Shown: positions 20,521 through 30,118, numbered from the stretch's first letter. The stretch is 64,000 bases of DNA from an uncultured Nitrospiraceae bacterium (GCA_963706325.1 CAVPLT010000001.1:1024001-1088000); one strand, 5' to 3'. Notes: generated from the letters alone by a model not told the origin. Program-made: numbers and translations.

Positions 20521-21348
20521 TCAATCAGCCTCAGATTGAGCGGATGATCCAGCTGGGCCGAGCAGGCGTAGAATCAGCAGGGCTGTTACCGGCACATACA
20601 TGAGCAGGCCGGTGGTTCCCTGTAAGGCCTCACCGATCCAGAACGTCATCCCGAGGTTAAACGCCAGCACTCCATAGTAGAGCCCGACTCCTAACAGCAG
20701 CCGAGGAGTGGTGGAAGGACGGTGCGACGGCAGCGGGTTGCGGAGACGGCGATCGAGGGGGAAGTACAGCAACAAGGAAATCGATCCCACCACGGCCCAG
20801 CCTACATAGTTTTCCATCGGGACGCCGAAATGCACGCCGGGGTCCGGGTAAAAATAGATCTTGCCCAGAAACCACCGGTCACCGCGCAGCGCTACTGGAT
20901 CGATCACCATGTCGATGAAGGCGAAGAACAGCACGGTCAGCGCGAACACCGGCCAAGAGGTACGGAGGGGCGCATCAAACCGTAGATCAGGGAGCCGCGA
21001 GGCGGCGGCGGTGCCGGATGTAGACTGAATCGGCAGCAGGAACAGCAGCGCGAGGCAGTAGCTGGCGAACAGCAGGAACGAAAACGAAATGGAATCCATG
21101 AACGGAATGTTAGAGAGGTACAGCTCCTGCCCGATGGTGGATCCGTTGTAGAAGTACCAGCCGAAGGGAATGCCCGTGCGCGTAGAGGAAAACTCACAGA
21201 CGAAGGCGGTCATCCAGCTGATGAGCCAGAAGCGCCAGGTCCGCGGCCAGCCGATGAGCGCAATGGCTGAAACGAGGAATGCGGCGAGGAAGGCGAACAC
21301 GTAGGGGCGTAAGACGATGGTCTTTGCAAAAAGAACGAGGAATTCCAT
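20521..21348 (-). CDS. CruF/DUF422-like membrane protein (carotenoid-hydratase family)
   Basis: E..STRTGIPFG.Y.Y, D..IDPVA..W, FGVP..NY.GW. Confidence 0.75.
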   Translation of the reverse strand: MEFLVLFAKTIVLRPYVFAFLAAFLVSAIALIGWPRTWRFWLISWMTAFVCEFSSTRTGIPFGWYFYNGSTIGQELYLSNIPFMDSISFSFLLFASYCLALLFLLPIQSTSGTAAASRLPDLRFDAPLRTSWPVFALTVLFFAFIDMVIDPVALRGDRWFLGKIYFYPDPGVHFGVPMENYVGWAVVGSISLLLYFPLDRRLRNPLPSHRPSTTPRLLLGVGLYYGVLAFNLGMTFWIGEALQGTTGLLMYVPVTALLILRLLGPAGSSAQSEAD

Positions 21349-21364
21349 TACGATCTGAATCCTG

Positions 21365-21488
21365 CGGATGATTAAAAAGCCCAGCCAACAAGGCCGCAGG
21401 CGACGACAAGATCGGAGGCGTACCCTCTGGGGTACGTTGAGGATTTTGTCAAGCCGAGAACGCGGTTGGGGGGCTTTTTCAGCGTCCG
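21365..21488 (-). repeat. Family-1 structured hairpin repeat, copy B
   Basis: Minus strand: TAG-T-CGGACGCTGAAAAAGCCC...GTTCTCG..ACGTAC..GTACGCCTC..TGCGGCCTTG..GGGCTTTTTAATCATCCG. Confidence 0.85.
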
Positions 21489-21489
21489 A

Positions 21490-22473
21490 CTAAGCATACC
21501 CATGATCGCGAAACCACTTCACCGCCTTTGCCAGCGCCACTTCGACCGGTGTTTGTGGCAGGCCGAGTTCCCGGATGGCTTTGCTGCAGTCGTAGTGCAT
21601 TTTGTACTTGGCCATCTTCACGCCTTCGAGCGGAATGCGTGGCGAGAGGCCCGTCAGGTTCGAAAGCCATTGATTTGCATAGGCCAAAGGTAGAATGGCG
21701 AGGCGCGGCAACTTGATGGTGGGAGCCTTTACGCCGGTGAGACGGCTCAAGATCCGGAACACATCATTTAACATAAGATTTGTATTGCCGAGAATGTAGC
21801 GTTCGCCAAGGAGCCCTTTCTGCATGGCCAGGAGGTGGCCTTGGGCCACGTCCTCCACGTCGATCAGGTTCATGCCGGTTTCAATGTAGGCAGGCATGCG
21901 GCCCTTCATGAAGTCGACGATGATCTGGCCGGTGGGTGTGGGCTTCACGTCCGCTTCGCCGACCGGCGCGCTCGGGTTGACGATGACGACCGGCAACCCT
22001 TCCCGGGCGAGCTTCAGCACTTCCTGTTCGGCGAGATATTTTGAACGTTTATAGTGGCCGGCCATCTGCTCCAGCGCCACCGGCGTCTCCTCCGTCCCCA
22101 GCCCTCCGCCAGGCGGGAGGCCGATTGCGCCGATGGTGCTGCAATAGACCGTGCGCTCGATGCCGACCTCGCGGGCGACTTCCAGCAGAGTTCGCGTGCC
22201 GGTCACGTTGATATCGTAAAAGATGGACGGATCCTTGGCCCACAGCGCGTAATGCGCCGCCACATGGTAGAGCTGCCGACAGCCGCGGAGAGCCTGTCCC
22301 AGCGAGTCGCGGTCACGTAGGTCCCCATTGACCTGTTCGACCGGGAGTCCGACGAGGTTCTGAAGATTCGCGCCTTTTCGTGAGAGCACCCGGACCTCGA
22401 CCCCGGTCTTGACCAAGGCTCGCGCGACTGCGCCTCCGACAAATCCCGTTGTTCCAGTGACGAGCACTTTCAT
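21490..22473 (-). CDS. hpnA: Hopanoid-associated NAD-dependent epimerase/dehydratase
   Basis: GTTGFVG, HVAAHY.LW, YKRSK, KPTPTG, MPAY..TG.N. Confidence 0.85.
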   Translation of the reverse strand: MKVLVTGTTGFVGGAVARALVKTGVEVRVLSRKGANLQNLVGLPVEQVNGDLRDRDSLGQALRGCRQLYHVAAHYALWAKDPSIFYDINVTGTRTLLEVAREVGIERTVYCSTIGAIGLPPGGGLGTEETPVALEQMAGHYKRSKYLAEQEVLKLAREGLPVVIVNPSAPVGEADVKPTPTGQIIVDFMKGRMPAYIETGMNLIDVEDVAQGHLLAMQKGLLGERYILGNTNLMLNDVFRILSRLTGVKAPTIKLPRLAILPLAYANQWLSNLTGLSPRIPLEGVKMAKYKMHYDCSKAIRELGLPQTPVEVALAKAVKWFRDHGYA

Positions 22474-22484
22474 GACGAGAACCG

Positions 22485-22580
22485 CGCGAAGCGTGAAGCG
22501 TGAATTGTGAAGCGCATGGGAAGCCCGGTGAGGTGACGGTGACAGTAAGCGATTGCACGCTTCACGAGATACGTTTCACG
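22485..22580. repeat. Short GTGAAGC-type heptamer repeats in inverted arrangement
   Basis: gcgaagc gtgaagc gtgaatt gtgaagc ... cacgcttcacg..cgtttcacg. Confidence 0.5.
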
Positions 22581-22588
22581 GAAGACGG

Positions 22589-23479
22589 TTAACTCTTCCG
22601 AGAGGTGATGTAGCGCGCCAGTTCGCGGAGGGGATCGGCCTTGGCGCCGAATGAGGCGAGCCGGCCGTTGGCACGGGTGACGCAGTCTTCGGCTAATTGT
22701 TTGGCCCCTTCGACGCCGTAAAACGTCGGGTAGGTCTTTTTGCCACGCTGCGCGTCGGTATTGGGGTTCTTGCCAAGTTCTTCGCGTGTGCCGGTCACAT
22801 TCAGCACATCGTCGGCGATTTGGAAGGCTAGACCGATATTCTCGGCATAGACCGTCATGTCGTCGAGTTGAGCGGGAGTCGCCCCGGCCGTGATGGCGCC
22901 CATGCGTACGGCGGCCCGAATGAGCATGCCCGTTTTATGCTTGTGGATGGATTGGAGCGTGGCCAAGTCGATGTCTTTATTTTCCGCCTGGATATCGAGA
23001 ACTTGCCCGCCGACCATGCCGACGTTGCCGGATCCGGCGGCCAGTTCCTGAATCAGTCGGACTTGGCGCGCGGCATCGAGCCCATGGGCGGCGTTCGCGC
23101 GGAGGCACAGTTCAAATGCCATAGTCAGCAGCGCATCGCCGGCCAAAATTGCCATCGCTTCGCCATAGACCTTGTGGTTGGTGGGTTTCCCGCGCCGAAA
23201 ATCGTCGTTGTCCATCGCCGGGAGGTCGTCGTGAATGAGCGAATAGGTATGAATCAGCTCCAGCGAGGAAGCGACCGGAAGCACCGCCTGCCCAGCATTG
23301 CCGACCGCCTCGGCTGCGGCAATCGCCAGAATGGGCCGGACCCGCTTCCCACCGGCAAACAGGCTGTACCGCATGCTCTCGTGCAGGGTCGTGGGCATGG
23401 CTTCTGCGCTCGGGATCACCGATTGGAGATAGTGATCCACCTCCTCGCGCTTTCGCTCGAGATATTCACGAATATCCAT
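22589..23479 (-). CDS. ispA: Farnesyl/geranylgeranyl diphosphate synthase
   Basis: GKRVRP, FARM HDDLPAMD..RRG, GQ..D, KT, SARM FQIADD. Confidence 0.92.
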   Translation of the reverse strand: MDIREYLERKREEVDHYLQSVIPSAEAMPTTLHESMRYSLFAGGKRVRPILAIAAAEAVGNAGQAVLPVASSLELIHTYSLIHDDLPAMDNDDFRRGKPTNHKVYGEAMAILAGDALLTMAFELCLRANAAHGLDAARQVRLIQELAAGSGNVGMVGGQVLDIQAENKDIDLATLQSIHKHKTGMLIRAAVRMGAITAGATPAQLDDMTVYAENIGLAFQIADDVLNVTGTREELGKNPNTDAQRGKKTYPTFYGVEGAKQLAEDCVTRANGRLASFGAKADPLRELARYITSRKS

Positions 23480-23597
23480 GCCGGTTGGGGTCAGTTGACT
23501 CGTGGGACTCATGCAGAGATTGTGTGAACGCCGTAATTTTTCATGTGCGCGAGAGAGTAGCAAAGGGGTTTGAGGAGTGTCAAACGGGAGGGGGAGG

Positions 23598-23687
23598 GGC
23601 GGTGTCCAACATCCTCTTGCTCTCGGAACGCGCGCCCTATGAAGGGCCTCGTTCGACGTGCGCAGTTGAGGATTGCTGGACACCGCC
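23598..23687 (-). repeat. Family-2 structured hairpin repeat, copy 1
   Basis: GGCGGTGTCCA...TGGACACCGCC stem; core ATCCT.ACTGC..TCG.ACGAG..GCGCGTTC..GAGCAAGAGGAT shared with 27073-27166. Confidence 0.75.
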
Positions 23688-23837
23688 CCTGGGGGAGAGG
23701 TTAGGGCGAGGTTGGAAGGAGCATTGAGATGAGTTGGATGAGTGAAAAGGAGATGCATTCCGACTGCTAGCGGACTTGGTTGATTTCCCCATGGGAAAAG
23801 GGTATCCCTCAGCGGCTCAGGCTCAGGGGATTTCTGC

Positions 23838-24932
23838 ATGCCCACACTGAATTGGATCGGAAAAGAAGCGGTGGTGAATCATCAGCGGCAGGTGCCGTTT
23901 CACCTGCTGAAGGATGTGCCGGATCTCGCCTGCGGTGAGCCGGGCGACGGTAATCTCATCGTGCAGGGCGACAATCTCGTGGCGCTCAAGGCGCTTCTGC
24001 CCTACTACGCCGGACAGGTGAAATGCATCTATATCGACCCGCTGTATAACACGGGCAACGAGGGCTGGGTTTATAACGACAACGTGAACAGTCCCCTGAT
24101 GCGAGAGTGGCTCGGAAAGACCGTCGGCAAAGAAGGCGAGACGCTCGATCGGCACGACCGCTGGCTTTGCATGATGTATCCGCGCCTTGCTCTGCTTCGG
24201 CAGTTTCTGCGTGAGGACGGCGCAATATTTATCAGTCTCGACGACAACGAAATCCAAGCGTTGCGTTACGTGATGGATGAAATTTTCGGTGAGCAGAATT
24301 TCGTGACAACCATTGTTTGGGAGAAAAATTACGCACCAAAGCGTCTTCGAAATACCTCTCGGAAAACCACGACTACATAGTGCTCTACGCAAAGAGTAAA
24401 GCACATTGGCAACGGAACCTGATTCCCCGTTCAGAAAAACAGGATAAGGCCTACAGGAATCCCGACAACGATCTACGCGGACTTTGGCGGCCAAACAATC
24501 TTGCTGCGCGAAACTCCTATAGTCTTGGTGTCTATAGCATCACATGCCCATCCGGCCGTGTGATACCGGGGCCACCGAAAGGCTCTTACTGGCGGGTTTC
24601 GAAAGAGAAGTTTGAGCAACTCGACCGAGATGGACGAATCTGGTGGGGAAAAGACGGAAACAATGTTCCGGCACCGAAAATCTTCTTGAACGAGGTAAAG
24701 CAAGGGGTCGTGCCGATGACAATTTGGACCTACGAGGAAGCAGGGCATACTCAAGACGCGAAAAAGGAACTGATCGAAGCTCTCCCTGAGGCCTCCGAAG
24801 TCTTCACGACACCCAAACCCCCCAAGCTCGTGGCTCGGATTGTCCAACTTGCTGCAGGGCCGGAAGATCTCGTTCTCGATTCATTCGCTGGCTCGAGTAC
24901 GACAGGACATGCGGTTCTATCACTAAATAGGC
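23838..24932 (+). pseudogene. mod: Type III R-M methyltransferase (mod), frameshifted and truncated
   Basis: MPTLNWIGK, GDNL.AL, YIDPLY (DPPY altered), frameshift at ~24340, TPKP, DSFAGSSTT (GSGTT altered), then abrupt switch to res sequence. Confidence 0.8.
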
Positions 24933-26381
24933 AGTCTCCTCGCCCAGGCGAAACGACACCCCGAGCTAAATTGCGCCTATGCCTTCTCGGTGTCGGAATC
25001 GATTACGGATGTACTGGCGGAGTTACGCGAAGCGCTGGAGAATAATGGCTTCACGGCCGCCGAAGCGGAGCGAATCATTGTTCCAATCCCGCAAGGCACA
25101 CTTCCGCTCGGCGTGCAGCCGCACACGTTGAAATTGGAACCATCCGAAATTGACGCCTCCGTGGCAGCGGTGCAGGTTGCGGCGCTGATGGGGAAGGTCC
25201 GTGTTGAAGCGGCAGCCGGTGAGATTATCATCGTGGTGCCGCTTGATGGAGACGACATCGAGAGACTGAAAAGCTGTGTCAGGACTCCGGAAGCCAAGGC
25301 GAAGGTTCAAGAGGCGGCTGAATTAGTACAAAAGGCCGAGCAGGCTTTCGGCGGAAGTGGGGAATCCAGGGTTCCGTCTCCCTATGAACAACAACTGGAC
25401 TTTTTCGTGCCGCTCCTCTGTGTCCGAGAGAACGGGATGTTGTTTGAGTTTGAAAGTACCTTCCTCATCGAGCACCCATGGAAGCTCAGCGACAAAGACG
25501 CTTCTTTGTCCGGCAGCTACGACCCCCTCAAACGTCCAGTGGGTTACGGGGGGATCCTCGATGTCGGCGTGAAGGGTGAGGTTCAGACTGAGGTGATTCA
25601 GGATCCTAAGGGTGCGGACTTTGTGGGGATGCTGCATCAGCAAACACTTCAATTGGGAGGCACGAACGAATGGTCTCTCGAAAGTCTGGTCGCGTGGCTA
25701 GACCGCGAGATCGATCACCACGATATTCCTGCCGGGGAATCGGCTGAGTTTCTGCGGAAGGTGATCCGAGGTCTTATAGCGACGACCGCCGTTACAGATA
25801 TCGATAGGTTGGCACTCGATCGATTCCGCCTTCGCGATGAGGTTGCGGTTCGTATTCAGGAACATCGGAAAAGTGAGCGCAAGGCGTCATTTCAAATGTT
25901 TCTCCTTTCCGACTCGCCACTCACCGTGAGTGAGGAACGCACGATCAACTTCAAGACGATGGGCTATGAACCGAGCCGCGTCTATGAAGGCGGCTTTCAG
26001 TTTCAGAAGCACTACTTTGGACCTAAGCCCGGTGAATTAACGGAAAAGACGGCCGACGGTCAAACGACGGAGGAGTTTCAGTGTGCCCAGTTCCTCGACG
26101 GGCTGGCTCAGGTTCGATTCTGGGTCAGAAATCTTGCGCGGAAAGCTACTTCCTTCAGACTTCAGACCTCGAAGGACTGGTTCTACCCAGACTTTCTCTG
26201 CCAATTGACGGGCGGACGCGTGTTGGCGATTGAATACAAGGAGAAGCATCTCTTCGACGGCGTTGACGCCGAGGAGAAACGAGCAGTCGGTGCGGTCTGG
26301 GCTTCCCGAAGTGGGGGCCGTTGCCTGTTCGTCATGCCTACTGACGGTGATTTTTCGAGCATCGCCAGGATCATTCAGTGA
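24933..26381 (+). pseudogene. res: Type III R-M Res C-terminal fragment (nuclease domain retained, helicase lost)
   Basis: Frame includes ELNCAYAF upstream of 24990; FWVRN, FYPDF..IEYK nuclease motif; no DEAD/Walker A. Confidence 0.7.
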
Positions 26382-26502
26382 GCTTGATTGGCGGTCTGTC
26401 TAACAGGGGCGCCGTTTTCAGGAGATCGGCATGTCCGTTACCTCAGATTGACGACGGCAGGCGAGTGGCATAGAGTGATTCCCACACCGAGGAGTGCTGC
26501 CC

Positions 26503-26685
26503 ATGGGTGCTCAGACTGCGAAACAAAAGATCCTTGAGGCTGTCGAGCGGCTGCCCGACGATGCAACTTTGGAAGATGCCATCGAACGGCTTTGCTTCCT
26601 CTCCAAGGTAGAGGAAGGGCTTCGCCAGTCTAATGCCGGCGAGACGATCCCCCACCAGGAAGCCGTTCGCCAACTGCTCGGATGA
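26503..26685 (+). CDS. Antitoxin of RelE/ParE pair
   Basis: LPDDATLED..KVEEGL..G..IPHQE; GAGGAG RBS; ATGA overlap with toxin. Confidence 0.75.
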   Translation: MGAQTAKQKILEAVERLPDDATLEDAIERLCFLSKVEEGLRQSNAGETIPHQEAVRQLLG

Positions 26686-26969
26686 CCCTCCTTTGGACAC
26701 GTCGGGCCATCGCTGACGTCCAGGCCATCAAGCAATTCATTGCCAAAGATTCGCCGCATGCGGCCCAGTTGGTGGCTCAGCGACTCGTGGCTGCAGTGGA
26801 CCGCTTGATACTGTTTCCCCAGTCAGGTTGGATGGTGCCAGAACTTGCCGATCCACAGATTCGCGAAGTCGTTCAGGGCTCCTATCGCATTGTCTATCGA
26901 GTGACACAGGAGCAGGTGCATGTCCTCACCGTGCACCACGCGGCCCGCCTGTTCGCCCTGGGACAATAG
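26682..26969 (+). CDS. RelE/ParE-family toxin
   Basis: WT..A..D...I..FI, FP.SG..VPE..IRE..YRIVY, VHH.AR. Confidence 0.85.
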   Translation: MTLLWTRRAIADVQAIKQFIAKDSPHAAQLVAQRLVAAVDRLILFPQSGWMVPELADPQIREVVQGSYRIVYRVTQEQVHVLTVHHAARLFALGQ

Positions 26970-27072
26970 TCCACTAAGTCACCTTACCCCCACTCTGCTA
27001 GGGACTGGCATCCAATCGTTTTCTTCGCTTTTCCCTGAGGGAGTCATGCGGCGTCTATCCATTTCTCTCCTA

Positions 27073-27166
27073 GGGAGTTACCTGGCGATCCTTCACTGCC
27101 CGCATCGGACGAGCAGATTCTAATCGTGCGCGTTCTGGGAGCAAGAAGGATCGCCGGGTGGCTCCC
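27073..27166 (+). repeat. Family-2 structured hairpin repeat, copy 2
   Basis: 21-bp outer stem GGGAGTTACCTGGCGATCCTT/AAGGATCGCCGGGTGGCTCCC with 3 G-U pairs; same core as 23598-23687. Confidence 0.75.
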
Positions 27167-27219
27167 TCTCTTCCCTTCTCCTTGTTTTTTCTTTGACCCG
27201 TTCGCTATACTTCGGCCTT

Positions 27220-27510
27220 ATGAGTATCAGGAGAGCGGCCGGTGATTGGGAGCCCATGCTGCTGGGGATTGAACCCCGGAACTGCAAAGTTTGCCAACTC
27301 GGGCTCTATCGCGATAAAACGATGTGGCGCGGTGGGTGGTCGCGCTGTGCGCGGTGCGACGAATTCGTGCATTACAGTTGTCTTGCCAGCGGGAAAGTCA
27401 GCTTTCTGAAGGCGCGTCCACGCATTTGCAAGACCTGCCGTGCCGCTGAGCAGCAGTCGAAGCAAGTCGTGCTGCCCCCTTCCAGCGAACCCGCTCCAGT
27501 AGGATCATGA
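27220..27510 (+). CDS. Small zinc-finger protein with PHD-like C4HC3 pattern
   Basis: CKVC-x17-CARC-x4-H-x2-C-x15-CKTC; ATGA overlap with next gene; alternative start 27256. Confidence 0.7.
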   Translation: MSIRRAAGDWEPMLLGIEPRNCKVCQLGLYRDKTMWRGGWSRCARCDEFVHYSCLASGKVSFLKARPRICKTCRAAEQQSKQVVLPPSSEPAPVGS

Positions 27511-27842
27511 CCCTCCTCCTCGAACCACATCAACGCTCAGCCAGACCAAACTGGCATGTGTACTTTTCCCACGTTCTTCGGTATGTGCTCGCACCGATGC
27601 TATTCCTCTCAAGCGGGTTCTTCACGTCCAACTTCATCATGATCGGGCACTACACGTGGCCTAGAACCAGCCGGGTATTCGTGCTGACATTGACCCTGCT
27701 CATTTTAGCCTACGAGTTCATTTACAAGGATCAGACGGTCCGATCCGCTTTGCCGGACCGGGCCTTCAACGCCGTGCTGTACTCCTGCATGATCCCCTAC
27801 GCGCTTGGCGCGTTGATGATGCTGGGGCTAGCGAAACTGTAG
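27507..27842 (+). CDS. Small membrane protein (about 3 TM)
   Basis: Hydrophobic segments, translational coupling. Confidence 0.7.
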   Translation: MTLLLEPHQRSARPNWHVYFSHVLRYVLAPMLFLSSGFFTSNFIMIGHYTWPRTSRVFVLTLTLLILAYEFIYKDQTVRSALPDRAFNAVLYSCMIPYALGALMMLGLAKL

Positions 27843-27906
27843 CAGGATGTTGAAAAATCCCCCAGCTTTGTTCTCGCATCGCTGGGTGGTCTTTTTGAAC
27901 ATCCTG
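27843..27906 (+). repeat. Family-1 repeat, short copy C
   Basis: TAG|CAGGATGTTGAAAAA..GTTCTCG..TTTTTGAACATCCTG. Confidence 0.8.
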
Positions 27907-27965
27907 TAAGTATCTGCCGGACGATTCCAGACGCAGGAACCTTTAGCGGTCTTCAACAGGTGACT

Positions 27966-28340
27966 ATGGGGCAGCGGTTTCAAAGCGGCGCCTTCGTGCA
28001 GCAATGTTTCGCGGTCCATCCCCTGTGTTTATCGCTGAAGCGAATTGATGCTGAGGGACGCCTGCTCGTTTCTTGCACCTCCTGCCGCATGATGCACCAG
28101 ATGGTGACTACCCAAATAGTGGCGCGAGTGGCCGCCGTCCCGCTCGGCGGTGAGGTGATCAGCGCTAAGGCGCTCCCGACTGCCAAGGAGCTCCTGACGA
28201 CCTGCGTTCAGACCCATCCCGAGGCGGTCACCATTCGGGAACTCGATGTGATCCGCGATAACGTGGGCTTGCGCTGTGGTGAGTGCCGCCGAATGTATGA
28301 TTTGCAGGTGTCGATGTTTGAATCTCACCAAAAGTCTTAG
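27966..28340 (+). CDS. Hypothetical protein with duplicated CxxxHP...CxxCR metal-binding module
   Basis: CFAVHP..CTSCRMMH and CVQTHP..CGECRRMY. Confidence 0.7.
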   Translation: MGQRFQSGAFVQQCFAVHPLCLSLKRIDAEGRLLVSCTSCRMMHQMVTTQIVARVAAVPLGGEVISAKALPTAKELLTTCVQTHPEAVTIRELDVIRDNVGLRCGECRRMYDLQVSMFESHQKS

Positions 28341-28341
28341 T

Positions 28342-28563
28342 CGGATGCTGAAGTCCGCGGGCAGAGTTCTCGCCTCGTTCGGACCCTCAACGTACCCCCT
28401 GTGGGAACAGAGCCTGCCTCTGCAGGCTCGGAGTGGGCGGGTAAGAACCGTGACGCCTTTGGGGCAAGACACCGCCGGCTCACTTTCTCGCCGGCGTCCA
28501 CAGACCTGGCGCTCCTTATTCGTCGCGCCGTGGACCTTGCTGGACGGCCTTTTTGAGCATCCT
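28342..28563 (+). repeat. Family-1 repeat, expanded copy D
   Basis: TAG-T-CGGATGCTGAAG..GTTCTCG..CTCAACGTAC [~100-nt insert] ..CCTTGCTGGACGGCCTTTTTGAGCATCC. Confidence 0.75.
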
Positions 28564-28649
28564 ACTGAGGGGGCTACTATGGCGCCATACGCACGGACCT
28601 TCGGAATCCGCACCCATCAATATGATATTCCCGCAAGTTGCTAGACGAT

Positions 28650-29279
28650 ATGGATTTTCCCTCTCACGAACTGTCTCTGACCCCGGATGAACTCCGGCTG
28701 GTGGCGGATAAAGACCTGTTCCACACCAAAGAGCGCATCATCCTGAAGATTCGGGATGTGCTCACGGAGCTTCAGCGGGGTCTTCAGGAAGATCTGGGCC
28801 GGAATATGCTGCTGTTGCCGCCGGAGTTCGAGCCGGCCAAGGTGCAATTCGTGAAGGGCGAACGGTTGGAGAACTGTCCCTATCAGTATCTGGACTATCC
28901 GAAACATTTTCTAGGGGATGATAAATTCACCTTTCGATCGATGTGTTGGTGGGGACACCACCTCGTCTTTGCGTTGATCGTAGATGGCGGACTGGTCAAG
29001 CAGTACAAGAAGAATTTTGTCGATCGATTCCACCAGCTGGCCGGTCAGGACCTCGAGCTCTCACTCGCGCCGACGCTCTGGGAATGGAAGCGCGGGGAGG
29101 GGTATACGCTGCCCATTACCCACGATCGGAAAGCCCAGCTGGCGGCAGTATTATCGGGGCGGTCCTGGTTCAAGATCGCCCGGTTCGTGCCGTTGGATTC
29201 GCCGGCCATGCAGGAAGGCCTTCTGTCGGAGCTCGCCCGAGACACCTTCCGAAGCCTGTTGCCGCTCCTGACGCCGTAA
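28650..29279 (+). CDS. Hypothetical protein
   Basis: ~210-aa ORF with globular composition (KGE....PY.YLDYP..F). Confidence 0.7.
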   Translation: MDFPSHELSLTPDELRLVADKDLFHTKERIILKIRDVLTELQRGLQEDLGRNMLLLPPEFEPAKVQFVKGERLENCPYQYLDYPKHFLGDDKFTFRSMCWWGHHLVFALIVDGGLVKQYKKNFVDRFHQLAGQDLELSLAPTLWEWKRGEGYTLPITHDRKAQLAAVLSGRSWFKIARFVPLDSPAMQEGLLSELARDTFRSLLPLLTP

Positions 29280-29436
29280 TGGGCGTCTGTATTCAATCAT
29301 TCCTCCGTGCCGCGTACCTGCCGTCCGCCTCGGTTGTTCCCTTCTCCGGCGCCCGTTTCCTGTTTGTCATCCCGCTTGGAGTTGGGTAGACTGTGGCCCG
29401 TCTTAGGCGAACCCACTTACTGACAGGGAGGGATGT

Positions 29437-30088
29437 GTGATTGCACAGGGATGTCGAATTGCAAGTCAGGTCTGTATCGCAGTGGGGCTGGCGCTGCTCT
29501 TGGGCTGCGCCGGAAAAGGAGAGATGGTCTCGCTCAACGTGCAGCCGCAGCAACCGTTCGTGCAGAGCGGCCAACCGGAGCCGTTGAAGATTGTGATCGA
29601 GCCGTTTGAAGATCTTCGCGCCGACAAATCGAAGATCGGTCAGCGTACCCATTTGGGCGGCGGGGTGACGAATTTCAATGTCAGTGGAGGATCACCCGGC
29701 GTGACGATCGCCGAAGCCCTGGCGGAAACCTTGCGCTGGCGAGGATGGAATCGCCGTGGGTGGGATGCGCGGGTCGTGCAGTCGGGTGTCGGCGATCTCG
29801 GGAGCTGATATCGTGATCGGCGGAGAAATACGGGACTTTGCGGCGAATGCAAAAAGCCGCGTCTTCAATACCAAATTGACGGGCGAGAGCCGTCTGGTCA
29901 TCAAAGCCAAGAATCTTGCAGACGACAGCAGCACGCAGCGCAACATTCAAGGCGAACAGAGCAAACTCGTCTTCTGGTTCACCAGTGAAGATGTCGAAAC
30001 GCTTATGTCCGGCCTTTTGCGAGATGGGATCGACCGCTTTCTCACCGATACGAAAATCGAAGGCCGCGCATTGAAGTCGGCCAAGTGA
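29437..30088 (+). CDS. YajG-like lipoprotein, split by apparent +1 frameshift near 29790
   Basis: Lipobox LLGC, FEDLR; C-terminal half ISGADIVIGGEI.. continues in the next frame. Confidence 0.6.
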
Positions 30089-30118
30089 GGTGGGTTAGAT
30101 TCGCCAGCGGTTCGGTCG

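Noticed and set aside
28029..28644. ORFs spanning repeat copies (also 31227-31496, 15242-15472, 36977-37186)
   Set aside because: Explained by translation through the repeat elements
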